From NCBI RefSeq assembly GCF_009914755.1, contig NC_060932.1: a DNA stretch of 64,000 bases, one strand, 5' to 3'. The position numbers and the translations under genes were made by a program. Source of the stretch: the human T2T-CHM13v2.0 reference genome, Homo sapiens. Of this stretch, positions 46,362 to 64,000 are shown piece by piece. How positions within the stretch are numbered: position 1 is the stretch's first letter; each line of letters starts with the position of its first letter. The notes under the pieces were generated by a model. The model worked only from the letters and a program-made list of their open reading frames with translations, had not been told where the DNA came from and did no database searches.

Positions 46362-47969
46362 TTTGGATTGCATTTCCAGGGCCTAGGTGTTAGGGAAACT
46401 GCTCCAGGATATAATTCTGAACACTTATTTCACCAGACATAGATTCTGGTTTGTCTGGGTTTGACAAAAGGACCCACAGTTGGGATAAATTAACTGAAGA
46501 GAGAAATCTCCATTGCTTATTGCTAAAACTCATTGTTTTTGTCACCTCCTTGCTTATGTTTATGTCACCTCCCTGCTTGGAAGTCTCTCGTGGTCAACAG
46601 GATAAAGTCTGAGCCTCCGTTCCAAGGTTCCTATAATCTGGTTCAGCCTATCTTCAGCATTATCTCTCGAGGCTTCTTTCACTAGCTCTCCAATGCAGAC
46701 CAACTGCCCTTCCCACTGTTGTGCAACATACCCTGCAGAGTCCCTCCTTTGGGACTTTGCTCCCATTGTGCCTGTCCCTGCCAGGAGTGCCCTCCCAACT
46801 CTGCCTCAGACAGCTCACCTTTCCTTGAGGGCTCAAATCCATTCCTACTCCCTTCTTCAAATTTGCTATTTGTCAGACTGTCCCAAACCTCCTTGCTTCT
46901 TCCTCGCAGTTCCTGGACTGTGCCATCCTTGGGTTCAGTGAATCAGACCATTGTGGTTTTGTATTCCTAGCACTCAACAGGTGTACCAGGTATTAGTGCA
47001 TTCAGTTTGCTTGTCCTTGATGTTGGGGTGCCGTTCTAAAGTACACTAACCTAGCTTGTCTGGTAATTGAATGCAGTTTTTTCCTCTTCTTTTTCTTCCC
47101 ATTAGGCATAACATCTCATTCACCCCAATATGAGTTGAATTTTGTTTGGTTAGATGGAGGAAGGGAGAGCCTCCACTCTGTCTTTATCTCTGCAAGTAAG
47201 AGAATGAGATATTCTGCTGAGAAAACAAGGAAGCATGGAGCAGACAGACTTTCTTAAATATAGTTGGGAAAATTGGCTTTCTGGACTTCTCTAAGTGTGT
47301 ACTGGTCAGATTTGGTTTCTGGATGAAGGAACCGTAGGATAGTCATGTTGAAGCGTTTGGATGACTCAGAGCTAGCTATGACTTTGCCTGTTGTGCTCTA
47401 AGAGGAGTGTGCCTCTGCAGAGCTAGTCTGTGTGAGGATAGAGCTTTGGACTCAGTATGAATTGTGCCTGCTGAAGCTGGCAGTCGCTACTGTCATATTT
47501 TATCTTGGTGCCACTCTTGGCTGTTCCTGACATATCCTAGATGTTTCTACAGGGACTGAAATGCAGCCTGTCTGGGCTTTCTTAGTTCTTAAACAGCAGT
47601 GTTGGCTCAGGCTCTAGCATTAAGTGGATCTCAATGGTTTCTGTGTGTTATCAAGTGAGGTGACTGATCTATTTGATTCTTTAAACTTATGGTGCTCTAG
47701 TACCCCAGTGTTAAGTGCTCAGTGGCTAAGTGTTCTTCCCTGGAGACGTGGAAAATGTGCTTTTTTCTCATCTTTTTTCTTTGTTTCTCTTTTCTCTCTC
47801 TTTTTTCTGTTTGAGCATATGAAGATATAAAACACTTTTAAGCAAACATTAGTGATAAATATCCAGAATAGTCTGATTATAAAAACATTTATTTTTAAGT
47901 TTGCTTCCACACAAGCCATTATGTAAAGAATAGCCCCAGATTAGGTTGACTATGGATTCTTTGCAAAGC

Positions 47970-49133
<1,164 letters not shown>

Positions 49134-49711
49134 CAGAATGTTTTTAAATGCATAAAGTACGATACAAAGTTCCAAGTCACTGTAGAAATAAAAATTAAGT
49201 AAATTACAAAGGATAGAAAATGAAAACAGCCGTATTGAAATAGGCCGTGAAGGTGTTTTTCAAAGTTCGTGATACTGCAGTATATGTACTTCTTTATTAA
49301 TGCATAAAGTACCAACATCTAGTGACAGGTCTAATAACTAGCATAATTTTGAATTAGTCACGAGCATATATGATTTTTCAAGATATCTGCAGTAACCATA
49401 CTATGATATAAAAATCCCTGTTTTATTGGTGACAGTATCACAGGCGCTAGTAGTGCAATTGCGGTTTATTGGCTACAGTCGTAATTAAAGTGAGTGCTGA
49501 ATGTCAGAAAATAGAGATGTAACTTTTTTCTTGTTCAAGTTCGTGGATCCTCTGGATTTAACAGATTAAGTATCCTTGGCTGAGGATCACATAGCTAATT
49601 AGTTACAGTGCCATCTGAGCAAGACAGTGATACTTGTTGACCACCTCTTTGCACATAACACTGTACCGGATATTATATAATTATAATGACCCGAAGAAGG
49701 CCTGGCCTTAA

Positions 49712-49974
<263 letters not shown>

Positions 49975-50084
49975 AACTTGGTCATGTTTTAACAGCATTG
50001 AGGCTAAGAACAAAAGGAAGAGAGAATTAGTATTCATTGAGAACTTCTCTTGTGAGGTACCATTCTGAACCCTTTATTTTAGTA

Positions 50085-50578
50085 TGTTCCAGGGACATGT
50101 GGGGTCTTGGAGACACGTTCAGAATGGGGGGGGTCCATGAAATTAAAACTTTCTTTTTGCAATAATGCTAAGCCGTTATTGGCCTGTTTACATTCTCATT
50201 CTCTCGTTAGTGGAGTTTTCCAGAGGCTTTGCAAAGTGCGATATGGCCACCGATGGAATGCAGGGGCAGCTATAAAGACCCAGCTGCCTATAGTGAAGTC
50301 AGACATTAAAGAGACTTCCAAATATGCAAAACAAAGCCACGCTTCCAAGTGTTTTTGTTTGAGAAAATAGTTCTGTTCCTTGAAAATATGTATTTTTACA
50401 AACATGTATTGGATTTATCATAGTTATTTTAAATTAATTACCAACTACTTTTTGAATGTTTCAATTTGAATTTCTGATATGGCAAGTTGTGATAGATGTC
50501 ACCCACATAGAAGCTCTTTGGTGGTTCTCAGTAACTTTTAAGCAAGTAAAGGGGTTCTGAGACAAACATTTGAGCTGC
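50085..50578. mobile_element. hAT-Charlie derivative
   Basis: GGAGTTTTCCAGAGGC..AAGTCAGACATTAAAGAGA..GGGGTTCTGAGACAAACATTTGAG resembles Charlie-family ends. Confidence 0.5.
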
Positions 50579-50715
50579 TTTACCTGTTATTTCATTAAAT
50601 CATTGTGGCAGTGATATGAAATGCTGTTGTCCCCTGTTTCTGATATAGGAAACGAGGTTTGCAGAAGATGAGTTTCTCATCCATGGCCATATAATCTCAC
50701 TCCAAAAACAAAATC

Positions 50716-51332
50716 TTTTTTTTAAAATTATATATATATATTTATTATACTTTAAGTTCTAGGGTACATGTGCACAACGTGCAGTTTTGTTACATATGTA
50801 TACATGTGCCATTGTGTGCTGCACCCATTAACTCGTCATTTACATTAGTTATATCTCCTAATGCTATCCCTCCCCCCTCCCCCCACCCCACAACAGGCCC
50901 TGGTGTGTGATGTTCCCCGTCCTGTGTCCAAGTGTTCTCATTGTTCAGTTCCCACCTGTGAGTGAGAGCATGCGGTGTTTGGTTTTTTGTCCTTGCGATA
51001 GTTTGCTGAGAATGATGGTTTCCAGCTTCATCCATGTCTGTCCCTGCAAAGGACATGAACTCATCCTTTTTTATGGCTGCATAGTATTCCATGGTGTATA
51101 TGTACCACATTTTCTTAATCCAGTCTATCACTGATGGACATTTGGGTTGGTTCCAAGTCTTTGCTATTGTGAATAGTGCCACAATAAACATACATGTGCA
51201 TGTGTCTTTATAGCAGCATGACTTATAATCCTTTGGGTATATACCCAGTAATGGGATGGCTGGGTCAAATGGTATTTCTAGTTCTAGATACCTGAGGAAT
51301 CGCCACACTGTCTTCCACAATGGTTGAACTAG
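50716..51332 (-). mobile_element. L1PA 3' end, 5'-truncated (~615 bp)
   Basis: TTATACTTTAAGTTCTAGGGTACATGTGCACAACGTGCAG; ORF2 C-terminus (WRFLRYLELEIPFDPAIPLLGIYP); TSD CAAAAACAAAAT. Confidence 0.93.
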
Positions 51333-51463
51333 CAAAAACAAAATATTTAACCCATGTTGTGTTTCCCAAGTTCCACTTGTTCATCGTCACCTTGGTTTTG
51401 CCCTGTTCAGGTACCACTGTGTAGCAGCTTCAGGGCTATTGCTATACCCATTTCCATCTGTAT

Positions 51464-51772
<309 letters not shown>

Positions 51773-52039
51773 TATACTATTTTCTATGTTATATTTTCTT
51801 TATATTGTCTGCTTGTTTTCTTTTTTAATTTTAGCAGTTACTGAAAAAGAAAGCCTTATCTTTCTACCACTACTTGCTGTAGAAAAGAAACAATTGTAAA
51901 AATGAAAGCAACAAAAATAAAAGCGGTGTATTAGATTCTGGCTAGATACTGTTGCTGTCAAGCCTAGAGCCCCAGACCTGCTTTTTCTTCATTAAAAAAG
52001 GAGGAAGCTGATACCCAATGGAATCTTTCTCTTCAGTAT

Positions 52040-52941
52040 AGTGTCCATTCTCATTATTCATGGTAGTTATGTTCTATTTAGTCACAGTGAACACTGAGTT
52101 AGTGAATACTGACCCGTTGCTCCTAGGGGAGAGGCAGGGTTCCTGTGAGCCTCTGGTCACAAGCTTTTCATCAGCCAATCAATACATAACCTTATTTTAT
52201 GTGTGTTTGTGTTTAAAGTTACCTTATTTAACATATATAGTTGGTTCACTAACATTGAGCCCATGGCAAAAAGCACTGTAACTCATGCCTGAATGAAGAA
52301 ACTTATCTAACGTGTATTTTTTTTTTTAAGGCACATTACAGCTTTTTTTTTTTTGCATTTAGGTACTTAGACAGCACTGTAGCACTATGCTTGGGACCAT
52401 TTTAAATAGAAAAATCACCAGCAAAAAGCACAAAAATGAGGCCAAATGTGGTGGTTCACACTTGTAATCCCAGCACTTTGGGAGACTGAAACGAGAGGAT
52501 TGCTTAAGCCCAGGAGTTTGAAACCAGCCTGGGCAACGTTGTGCAACCCCGTCTCTACAAAAAAAAATACAAAAATTAGCTGGGCATGGTAGCATGTGGT
52601 TGTGGTCCCACCTACTTGGGAGGCTGAGGTGAGAGGATCATCTGAGCCTGGGGAGGTCAAGGCTGCAGTTAGCTGTGATCGTGCCACTGCACTCCAGCCT
52701 GGGTGAGCGAGTGAGACCCTGGTCAAAAAAAAGGCAGAAAAATAAGAGAAATGTGGCAGTAAATAGACCCTGAAAAAGACACTTGTTTACAATATGTTAG
52801 CTGAAAAAAGAATGCAGAGCGTCACCTTGCTCACCCTTAGCTAGGAACTTGTGCAGGAGTATTGGTTTTAAGGTTCCATGTATATTTTAGTGAGTAGGTG
52901 AATTCGCAAATATGGAGTCTGTCAACAATGAGGATCTACTG
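52040..52941. mobile_element. MER82-like Tigger derivative interrupted by an AluJ (+, 52439-52732)
   Basis: CATTCTCATTATTCATGGTAGTTATGTTCTAT..TGAATTCGCAAATATGGAG..TGAGGATCTACTGTA. Confidence 0.7.
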
Positions 52942-52964
52942 TAGTTTCACAAAACGATAATTGA

Positions 52965-53267
52965 AGCCGGGCATGGTGGCTCACACCTGTAATACCAGCA
53001 CTTTGGGAGGCTGAGGCGGGTGTATCACCTGAGGTCAGAAGTTCGAGACCAGCCTGGCCAACATGGCGAAACCCTATCTCTAAAAAATACAAAAAAAAAA
53101 AAAAAATTAGCCAGGTGTGGCGGTGCTCACCTGTCATTGCAGCTACTAGGGAGGCTGAGGTAGGAGAATTGCTTCAGCCCAGGAGGCGGAGGTTGCAGTG
53201 AGCCAAGATCATGCCACTACACTCCAGCCTGGGTAACAGAGCAAGACTCTGTCTCAAAAAAATAAAA
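52965..53267 (+). mobile_element. AluSx
   Basis: TSD GATAATTGAA. Confidence 0.9.
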
Positions 53268-53642
53268 GATAATTGAAAATGGAATCACTTCCTTTCCCCA
53301 TGTGTTTGTTTTTGTTCACAGATTGGATGCAGTTGACTTTACTTCTAGAAACATTTTCTTCTGTAGACTTTTGATCCCATTTCTCCACAGTTTTCCTCCC
53401 ATATCCCCACCCTCCATCCTCCCTGCCTTCCCTCCGTTTTGCCACAACTTTAAGTCTTGCCATAGCCTGGCTGGCTTTTGGGTCTCCTTTATCTACCTGA
53501 TACCAAGTGATCTCATCCCCCGCCTTGGCTCTCATTCCCATTCATTTGCTGCAGCCTTCCACATGGATAGCCCCAGACCCCTTCCCTGTGCTTCGGAATC
53601 ACATACAGCTGTTCACTGGGCGTCTCCCAGTGTTTTTCTTAA

Positions 53643-54352
<710 letters not shown>

Positions 54353-55877
54353 AAGAGGAACTTTTTAAAGGCAAGAACCTGACATTGCCACCTCCCTGCT
54401 TCCACCTTCCCATTGCAGTTGGGATGGCACTGAAGTTCCTGGTCATGCCCTCCAGGCCCTGTGGGATCAGACCTGCCGCCTCCCTCTTTCCCTTCTGCAT
54501 TCCAGCCACACCAGCTTTATTTCTGGTTTTTGAACTTGCCAAGCTCAGCTTGACTCAGGACCTTGGCACTTACTCCTCCCTCTTATGGAATGTGTTTCCC
54601 TAGATCTTTAGATGTCCGGTTCTCTGGTCTTCCTTCAAATAATCCCTGCTTAGAGAGAGCCTTCTCTGAGAAGAACCCTAGCTGCATGATCCCACCTCCT
54701 TGCTGACACCTCACAATGTCTAGCCCTTTTCCTTTATTTATTTGTTAGTGTTTACTGTCTGTCTCCCATACTAGAATGTAAAGTTATGAGGACACGAACT
54801 CTTTTTCATCAGTGTGCCCCAGCCCCTGGAATAGCACCTGGCTCATAGTAAGTCCTCAGTGAATATATGCTGTATGAATAAATGAATACTGACCCCATCA
54901 TCTCTTTAAATTCATCTTGCTTACCATCAGCAGGATTTTGCCCACACTTTGGAAAATACCACCCTGTGTGTATTTCCCATGAGAGAAACATCAAAGGCAG
55001 AGAGAAAGGGACATTCAAGTAATGGAGAAAATAGATTTAATAAACTGCATAAGCAAAAGATTACGTGAATCCTGTGGGGTGGGTGAGGACTTAGAATCAT
55101 AAATGTTGCATTATTAGATGGAAGTGATGGGATTTGCTTTTTTATTTTTGGGTCATTATTTCTGGAGGCTTTATGGAGGAAGGGGCACTGCAGACTTGGC
55201 TACCTGGAAAGAAAATGCTTGACCATGTGGTGTACAGAGTTTAGGAGGTTCTGAGTCATTGGTTGGTGCTGTGTTGAGCACATGAATTGGAAAGGAAAGA
55301 AGGCGCAGTCTCATGGAAGAAACAAGACATTTAGATTCATCTGTTATTTCCCATTTCTAATACAAGGAGTTGAGATTCCTTACAAAAAGAGCATATGTAC
55401 TGTACACTCAATAATTAAATAAAAAATCTGAGAAATCACAAGTAATTTGGAGAAGAAGAAAAAGTAATTTAGAATACTGGCAAGGGGCTTTGAAGCCATG
55501 GTTACTCAAACATTAGTCTGTCTAAATTTTTCTTGTGGCCATAGCTGTCATGTAGCCATCTTGTTAGCTGAAAATATAAATTAATTTGTGTTTTCTCCTC
55601 ATCTAAATTTCAAGAGACAAATCAGTGGGGCTTGAATGTAAGGAATCAAATCTCATTGTACTTAATTTTACCATAAAGCAAAGTTTTTCTAACTTCTAGC
55701 TTATTGCCAGCAGTATTCAATGCAATGACGTTATAATGCAATGCATATAAAAGATTTTAGTACTTTCAAAAGAATTAAAAAAAAGGAATCATCCAGTTCT
55801 TTGGAATGAGTTGTAGCGGAATTGAACCGTATGTCTGTGGTCAAGGAACACATAGTTTGTTCTTCACTAAATATTTT

Positions 55878-56008
55878 GGCTGGGCACCGTGGCTCATGCC
55901 TGTAATCCCAGCACTTTAGGAGGCTGAGGCTGGAGGATTGCTTGAGCCCAGGAGTTTGAGACCAGCCTGGGCAACATAGTGAGACCCTGTCTATTATTTA
56001 AAAAAAAA
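55878..56008 (+). mobile_element. FLAM_C/Alu left monomer
   Basis: Monomer plus A-tail. Confidence 0.82.
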
Positions 56009-56283
56009 TTAGTAGAAAGAAAAATCGTTTTCCCCTTCCTCAAACAGGTAAAATCACCCAGAATATGCCTACATAATAAGCCCTTTGGGAGTCCTTTGAC
56101 TGATTTATAACTACACCAGCATACCTCCGGAATAATGGGGGTTTTATTATCAAGCTTTATAAAAGTGTTTTTTGAGAAATTATTTTGAGGCAGAGATGTG
56201 GATGAGCACGTTAATTGTGTTTTTCCAAGTAATGTTTGGGCCATGTCCTCTCAGAGCCTGGGCTCACTCAAACGATTGTCTGA

Positions 56284-56987
<704 letters not shown>

Positions 56988-57231
56988 GTGTCTTTGTCTT
57001 TTAAAACAGCTTGAGGGAAGGAAAACACAGTGGAGACTAATTCCCTCTTGAAAATAACTCTTTGCTGACTCAGCCAAGGTGCATTAGAATGCACCCTCCT
57101 GATGGGTTTGTTACCTGTATACCTGCAACAAGTTGCATCGTATTTGATTTGTACTTTCTGTGAGCCTGGAACAATGCGGCTCTCATGACCCAGCCTTCCC
57201 TGCCAGAGACCAGTTATAAGACGAAGTGACG

Positions 57232-57527
<296 letters not shown>

Positions 57528-58276
57528 CTAAGTCATAAATAAGACTCAGTTGTCAAAATCTAACAGTTTTGCCCTCTTGTATGTAGAATCAGAAGATATT
57601 AAGAGCCGGAGTTTGTAAGTATTACCTCTTGGCTAACACCCTCATTTTATCAGAAGAAAAAAAGCCCCAGAGACATCAGATGACTTACCTAAAAGTCACA
57701 CAGCTAGTAGCAAATTTTTGTTTCAACTTGCTGTCTATCTTTCTCCTTACTTACAACTCTGGAGAGGGATTTGTTAATCAGATCTCCTTAAGGTTGGAAG
57801 AGTAAATTCTCCCCTCTCCATCCAAAGGGGAAGATGCCTGTGTCTCCTGGGTTTTTTCCAGGTGGAGGTTTTGTTATAAGTAAGGTTTGGCTGTTAAATA
57901 TCTTCCCTTTTTTAAGAGTTCTAGGAAGGAAGTGTGTTTGAGGAGGTTTGAGCCTGCAAAGTGGAAGTGACACTGTGGGTTGCACGGTTTGGCCACTGAC
58001 TTCTCACGTGGTTTCAGTCCTTAGCACCGTGGTATTGACATGACATCAGTTGCAAAATTAATAAGTAATGTGGCATTGTTACTACATCACAGGCATATTT
58101 GAGAATGAACATCACTGTGTTTTGCAAAGTAAACGTTTAAGGGGTGAAGAAAGGGTCATGTATTGCTAATAAAGGATTATGTTAGTAACCTGGATGTGAG
58201 AGAACATTTCTACTTTTTCAGACCTGTATTTCAAATAAAATGTGATGTCATCTCTGAAGACTTAGGAAAAGTTTGA

Positions 58277-58801
<525 letters not shown>

Positions 58802-59840
58802 TGAACTTCCTTCAGAACAAAAGTAAACAGCAAGTTGCCCTTGTTCTTTACCATAAGCAGAGAAGGCCTGTCTATCCAATTGTGACTGCATGATTTGTTT
58901 TAGATTGTTAATTTACATTTTGCAGAATACTGAGGCACATTTTCTGTGAACTTATGTGGTTATATATACTTTCAATCAGTGGATACTGGAAGCATTGTTA
59001 TACATTTGATGTCTTTTATAAAAGAATCCTAAGGGCCAAAAATGTTGGGAACTTTGGAGTAACTGAAATGGCAATGTGCTGTATCTTATCATAATACTTT
59101 GGAGTTCATTGTGACTTGAAAATTCCAATTAAAGTTGGTATAACCTCTATCATGTATTGATTAAAAATGCACATACCCTTTGACTTAGCAACTCTGTTTC
59201 TCTGAGTTTATCTTACAAATATACTCCACATGTGGGGAATAATACATGGACAAGGTTATTCATTATAGCATTATTTATACCAAAAACATGGAAACTCTCA
59301 AGTGTTGGCTAATTGGGGATGGATTTAGTAATTTATAGCACATGCATACAATGGAAAACTATATAGCCATTAAAAAGATTCTGACGCAGTGATAGATAAA
59401 GTGTTGACAAAGGTGAGAGTGGCATGTAGTGGTTGAAGGATGATCTTTTCAAAAAATGATACTGAGTCGTTTGCTTATCTATACTGAACAAAATGTATCA
59501 GGACCCCTACCTAATACCACATAAAAAATTGATTCCAGCTGTATGAAAGATAAAACAGTGGAAGCTCTTAGAAGAAAACATAAGAGCACATTTTTGTTAC
59601 CTTAGAATAGACCATCTGTAATTTAATACATTTTGCTTTCTGCCATTCAGTTAGTTACTTATGACCATCTCTTTGTTAATCAACAAAAACCAAATCCAAT
59701 ATTTTACTTCAATAAAGGGCAAAATAAAACATGCCTGTGCTGGTCTCATCTCTTTATAATCCTACTTTTTAAAACTTGTATAATTACATCTTATTAATTG
59801 TAGTGTTAATTTGTTGGTTGTTTAAGGATCTAAATGGCTA

Positions 59841-60152
<312 letters not shown>

Positions 60153-60950
60153 TAAATGGCTATTTCATGGTGAATAAACCATTAGCCTCAGGCTTCGTCT
60201 CCTCTCTCTGTTTGAAGACAATAAAGTATGATGTAATTGTATTATTTTGATAAGGTAATATTTAGTCGCATGACATACAAAACACTAGTAGCATTACATA
60301 AAACAAAGTATTTCAATAGTGAAAGAGAACATTTATATACAATTATTTCTATAGTCTAACAGTATCACTAACATTACATGCCTTTTAAAAAATATGTTTG
60401 AGTTACTGAAGAAGATTGAGATACAGATGTTGACTTGTTTAGGGCAACAGGTTAAGCTAACTTTAGAACGCTGATTACTACCTTTAGTCCTGCAGGCTGT
60501 GGAGCCGGGCAGCCAAGCCATGCTTGAAATCAGAATCGTCAAGGTGGATGCAAGAGCCATTGGCTGCAGAGTGAGGTTTTGGAGAGTAGTTGCTTGTGGC
60601 TGGGATTTTTGAAGTCCAAGTCTCCTAACTTTTATTACTCTTTACCTTGTGAAGTCATATAAGGCTCTAAGTCAAGTAAGACGGAAGGAATAAGATTAGC
60701 ACACTTCCTGGTACAGTGGGCAGTACGTGATCGCTATCTGAAAGTTTGCTCAGTCGCAGCCTCCCTGACAGTACCCTAGCCTGGCAATCAGGTGCCTTTG
60801 TTTGCAGAGTGGGGCTGATTACCAAGTAGTTAATACTGGTTGGCTCAGAACCTGTCCTCAAAGTTCAGAATAGATTTGAGTATATTTTTGATTTTAGAGC
60901 CTTATGGCCAGAAATGGCCTTATCTTGCAAGAATCTTCCTGGGAAAAAAA

Positions 60951-61262
60951 CATATATATATATATTTTTTTCTTCTCTTTGAGACAGAGTCTCGCTCTGT
61001 CACCCAGGCTGGAGCGCAGTGGCACAATCGTGGCTCACTGCAATCTCTGCCTCCCGGGTTCACGCGATTCTCCTGCCTCAGCCTCCCCAAGTAGCTGTGA
61101 CTACAGGCATGCACCACCACCCCCAGCTAATTTTTGTATTTTTAGAAGAGATAGGGTTTTGCCATGTTGGCCAGGCTGGTCTCGAACTCCTGTCCTCAAG
61201 CGATCCACCTGCCTCGGCCTCCCAAACTGTTGGCATTACAGGTGTGAGCCACCGCACCCACC
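60951..61262 (-). mobile_element. AluS
   Basis: Antisense dimer. Confidence 0.87.
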
Positions 61263-61562
61263 CCTGGAAAATATTTGAATTCCCAGGGATCTCTGGGTGA
61301 TGGGACTGTTACTTTCTTCTGATCCTGTGCTTTTGGGGTGGTACTCACTCACTGGCTTAGAACAGCCTGGAATCCTAAGAGGAATGGATGAATGAATGAA
61401 TTCACACACAACAAACTAACGGAAATGTTTTGAGTCACGCCACCTTGCGTGTGAATCCCCTTACTGTGGCTAACCCACCTCACTGTTCTGAGGAAGCCCA
61501 TGTTCACTGAGCACCTTTTATGTTCCAGGGTCTTGCTGGGCTGGATGGTGGTGAGGATCACA

Positions 61563-61910
61563 CAGTAGTCCCGCCTTATCCTCAAGGCATGCTTGAAACC
61601 ACGGATAGTACCCAAGCTTGTATATACAATGCTGCTTCTATACAAATATATTTATGATAAAGCTGAATTTCTAAATTAGGCACAGTAAGAGGTTATCAAC
61701 AATAACTAATAATAAAAAAGAACAATCAACACAATATGCCAGTATTACCACTCTTGCACTTTGGGGCCATGATTAAGTAAAATAAGGGTGACTTGAACAC
61801 CAGCACTGCAATACCCCAGCAGTTTGTTTTTGAATTTTTTTATTTAATATTTTTGGACCTTGAGTACCTGAAGCCACAGAAGGTGACACAGGGGACACTA
61901 GGAGACTACT
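61563..61910. mobile_element. MER44 (Tigger7-derived) element
   Basis: CAGTAGTCCCGCCTTATCC..AAATTAGGCACAGTAAGAG..GGAGACTACTG termini. Confidence 0.78.
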
Positions 61911-63831
61911 GTGTAAGATAAAGAGTCTATAGAAACACACATAGAAGCAGTAGGCAGGGATTCATAATGGCTGCTTTCCTTTTCTTTAGCTTGATAAGAG
62001 TGCTACCAAATACATCTCCAGTGTCATGAATTCATGGATGTGTGACCAGTAGCTCTTGGCCAGCCATTTCTGGTCTTAACACCCAGATCATCATAGAATA
62101 TGAGGATAGGAATCCACTGATGACAGAATCCTGAATGACTATCTTATGTGCCTGAAAGCCTGCCTCAAAGAAGGCTGATGTCTTCTTGAATTAAAGAGTT
62201 GCTTGCATATAGAATATACTGGAGTCATTTTTCAGAAGATCCTTACATGGCTTGGCAGAGGGTGGCATCCAGTTTATCTTTGGCGGAATTAGATTTGCTG
62301 CTCAAGATTGTTTTCAAATTGTTTGATAGCTTCAGGGAGGTCCACTGGTAAGCTCACAAATTCAGAAATAGTTTGAGGCTACAGAAGAATTCTTTTCATG
62401 TTTGAGCTGTGATCTAAGCCAAGAGCCTTGGAAATTTTGAATCCGTCTTATATTTTCTTTCCTGAATGAGAAATGGGTATACTTGCTCAGTTCCGATTCT
62501 GACAACATGACTTATTTCAAAAACAAATAGCTCACTCCGTGAAGCAAACCCTGTATCACTCTCCTCTGGTGACATTTCGATTCTGATACAATGTGGTGGC
62601 ATGGGGATAGATTTTAGACCAGGAAAAGAGAGAGCCTCTCATTTGTGGCCCAAAAGACTCAATTTTAAAGATCAGATTGGAATCTGTCAGGGAGGACATA
62701 TGGACATAGTGATTTTTTCTTTTATTTGCCTTTTTTCGCCTCTCTTTACTTTTGGTTTAATGTCTTTTAGGACTTGAGGTACAAAATCCCATGTTGTGGA
62801 GGCATTAGCTAACAGTTGTAAAACCTTAGGAAAAGTACAGCATCTCAGTGATCCTGCCTTCCTAAAATTGCTCCTCAACAAATACAGATGGAGGAAATAG
62901 AAATATCTAAAATGAAACATGTGTTCTTTCGTCTTAGATGTCTTTATCTTCTTGCTTTTATCAGCAGCCTTGAGTGACAGGATTTTATACTTTTGGAAGA
63001 TTAGAGGGTTTGTTTGTTTTTCTTGCAGAAATAGTTACTTATACCATGTTCATTTATCTGCCTCAGTTCTGAGAATTCTTTGCCAATTTTTTTAATAGCA
63101 TGTGTTTGGATGAATTATAGACTTCATAGAAGTAACTTCAGGAATTATCGACTTCATAGTCGATACAACATAATGAGACCCTGTCTGTACTTTAACTTTT
63201 TAATACAAGAAATTTTTTAAAATTTTAGGGGCATTTAGATTTTTGGGGGATAGTGCATGGAGTGAAACTAACAGAAGTATTGATCCCAGGATTAGGAAGT
63301 TGGGTTTGTATTTCAGTCTCTGTTACAGGAGTGACCAAGTGGCTTGACTCTCTTTAGCTTAGTTTTTCCATCTGCAAAACAGAGATAATATTTTCTATTA
63401 CCTTCTAGATTCTCAGAGTGTGATGAATTTTCAGTTGTTGAAAATTTCTGCAAATGAATTAAGCAATGCCTGTTAGGCCACATTAATGGACTAAAAACTG
63501 CTAGGATCTAAAGTTGACATGCCATTGAACTTTCTGCCTGAAGACTTACTGAGGAAACTTTGTCTACAAAGGTTTGGTGCAAAGAACCCCATTACTTTAT
63601 GGCCAAATTTTCTTCACATGCCGATGGTAATCCAGTAGTCTTTCTTCTAACTTCTTGGCGGCTTTCATATACTCTTCAGACTGGCTAAGTCATACGTTAA
63701 TAGGAAGAACTAATTTTCTCTCCCTGAGGCTGAACTTGTGATCTTTTTCATCTGGTTTCCACTTCTCAGATTTCCCCAAATCTCTCAGTCGTCTTTCCCA
63801 AAGTATTTAAAGGAAGATTGATTTTAACAGA

Positions 63832-63972
63832 GTGCTATGGACTGAATTATGTCCCTCACAAATTCCTATGTTGAAGCCTCAGCCCCTAGTGTGATGGTAT
63901 TTGGAGATGGGTCCTGGGAGATAATTAGGTTTAGATGAGTTCATGGTGGGGCCCTCATGAGGGGATTAGTGC
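63832..63972. mobile_element. MLT1A-like MaLR LTR fragment
   Basis: TGCTATGGACTGAATTATGTCCC..TATGTTGAAGCC..GGTATTTGGAGATGGG..GGGGCCCTCATGA. Confidence 0.72.
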
Positions 63973-64000
63973 TTTTTTTTAAAAAAAATTATTTTTAAAA

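Noticed and set aside
50790-51341. 183-aa L1 ORF2-like ORF
   Set aside because: C-terminal fragment of a 5'-truncated, frameshifted L1PA; not an active element.
63146-63165. 8-bp hairpin TATCGACT-tcat-AGTCGATA
   Set aside because: A stem this short is expected by chance in 64 kb; no supporting context.

Overview
Primate (most likely human) genomic DNA, dense in Alu, L1, LTR and DNA-transposon fossils. The only protein-coding feature is the CpG-island promoter and first coding exon of DOCK5 (+ strand, ATG 43867, MARWIPTKRQKYGV, donor GTGAGT at 43910); the rest of the window downstream is intron 1 and no exon 2 was found. About 43 kb of upstream DNA holds features missing from the ORF track: a decayed processed pseudogene of EPDR1 (-, 255-786), a solo LTR12C in the DOCK5-sense orientation (23244-24789), a hairpin-unit AT-rich minisatellite, and a full-length 7SL retropseudogene (40081-40649) that captured a ~280-bp templated copy of DNA just upstream of the DOCK5 CpG island, including a CTCF-type motif. 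The DOCK5 leader region has a strong-Kozak uORF and G-quadruplex motifs. Nearly all long ORFs in the track are repeat- or GC-content artefacts. I found no evidence of a new multi-gene system; the best leads are structural and regulatory. Repeat subfamily names come from recalled consensus sequences, and most repeat boundaries are approximate (about 10-20 bp) unless a TSD is quoted.
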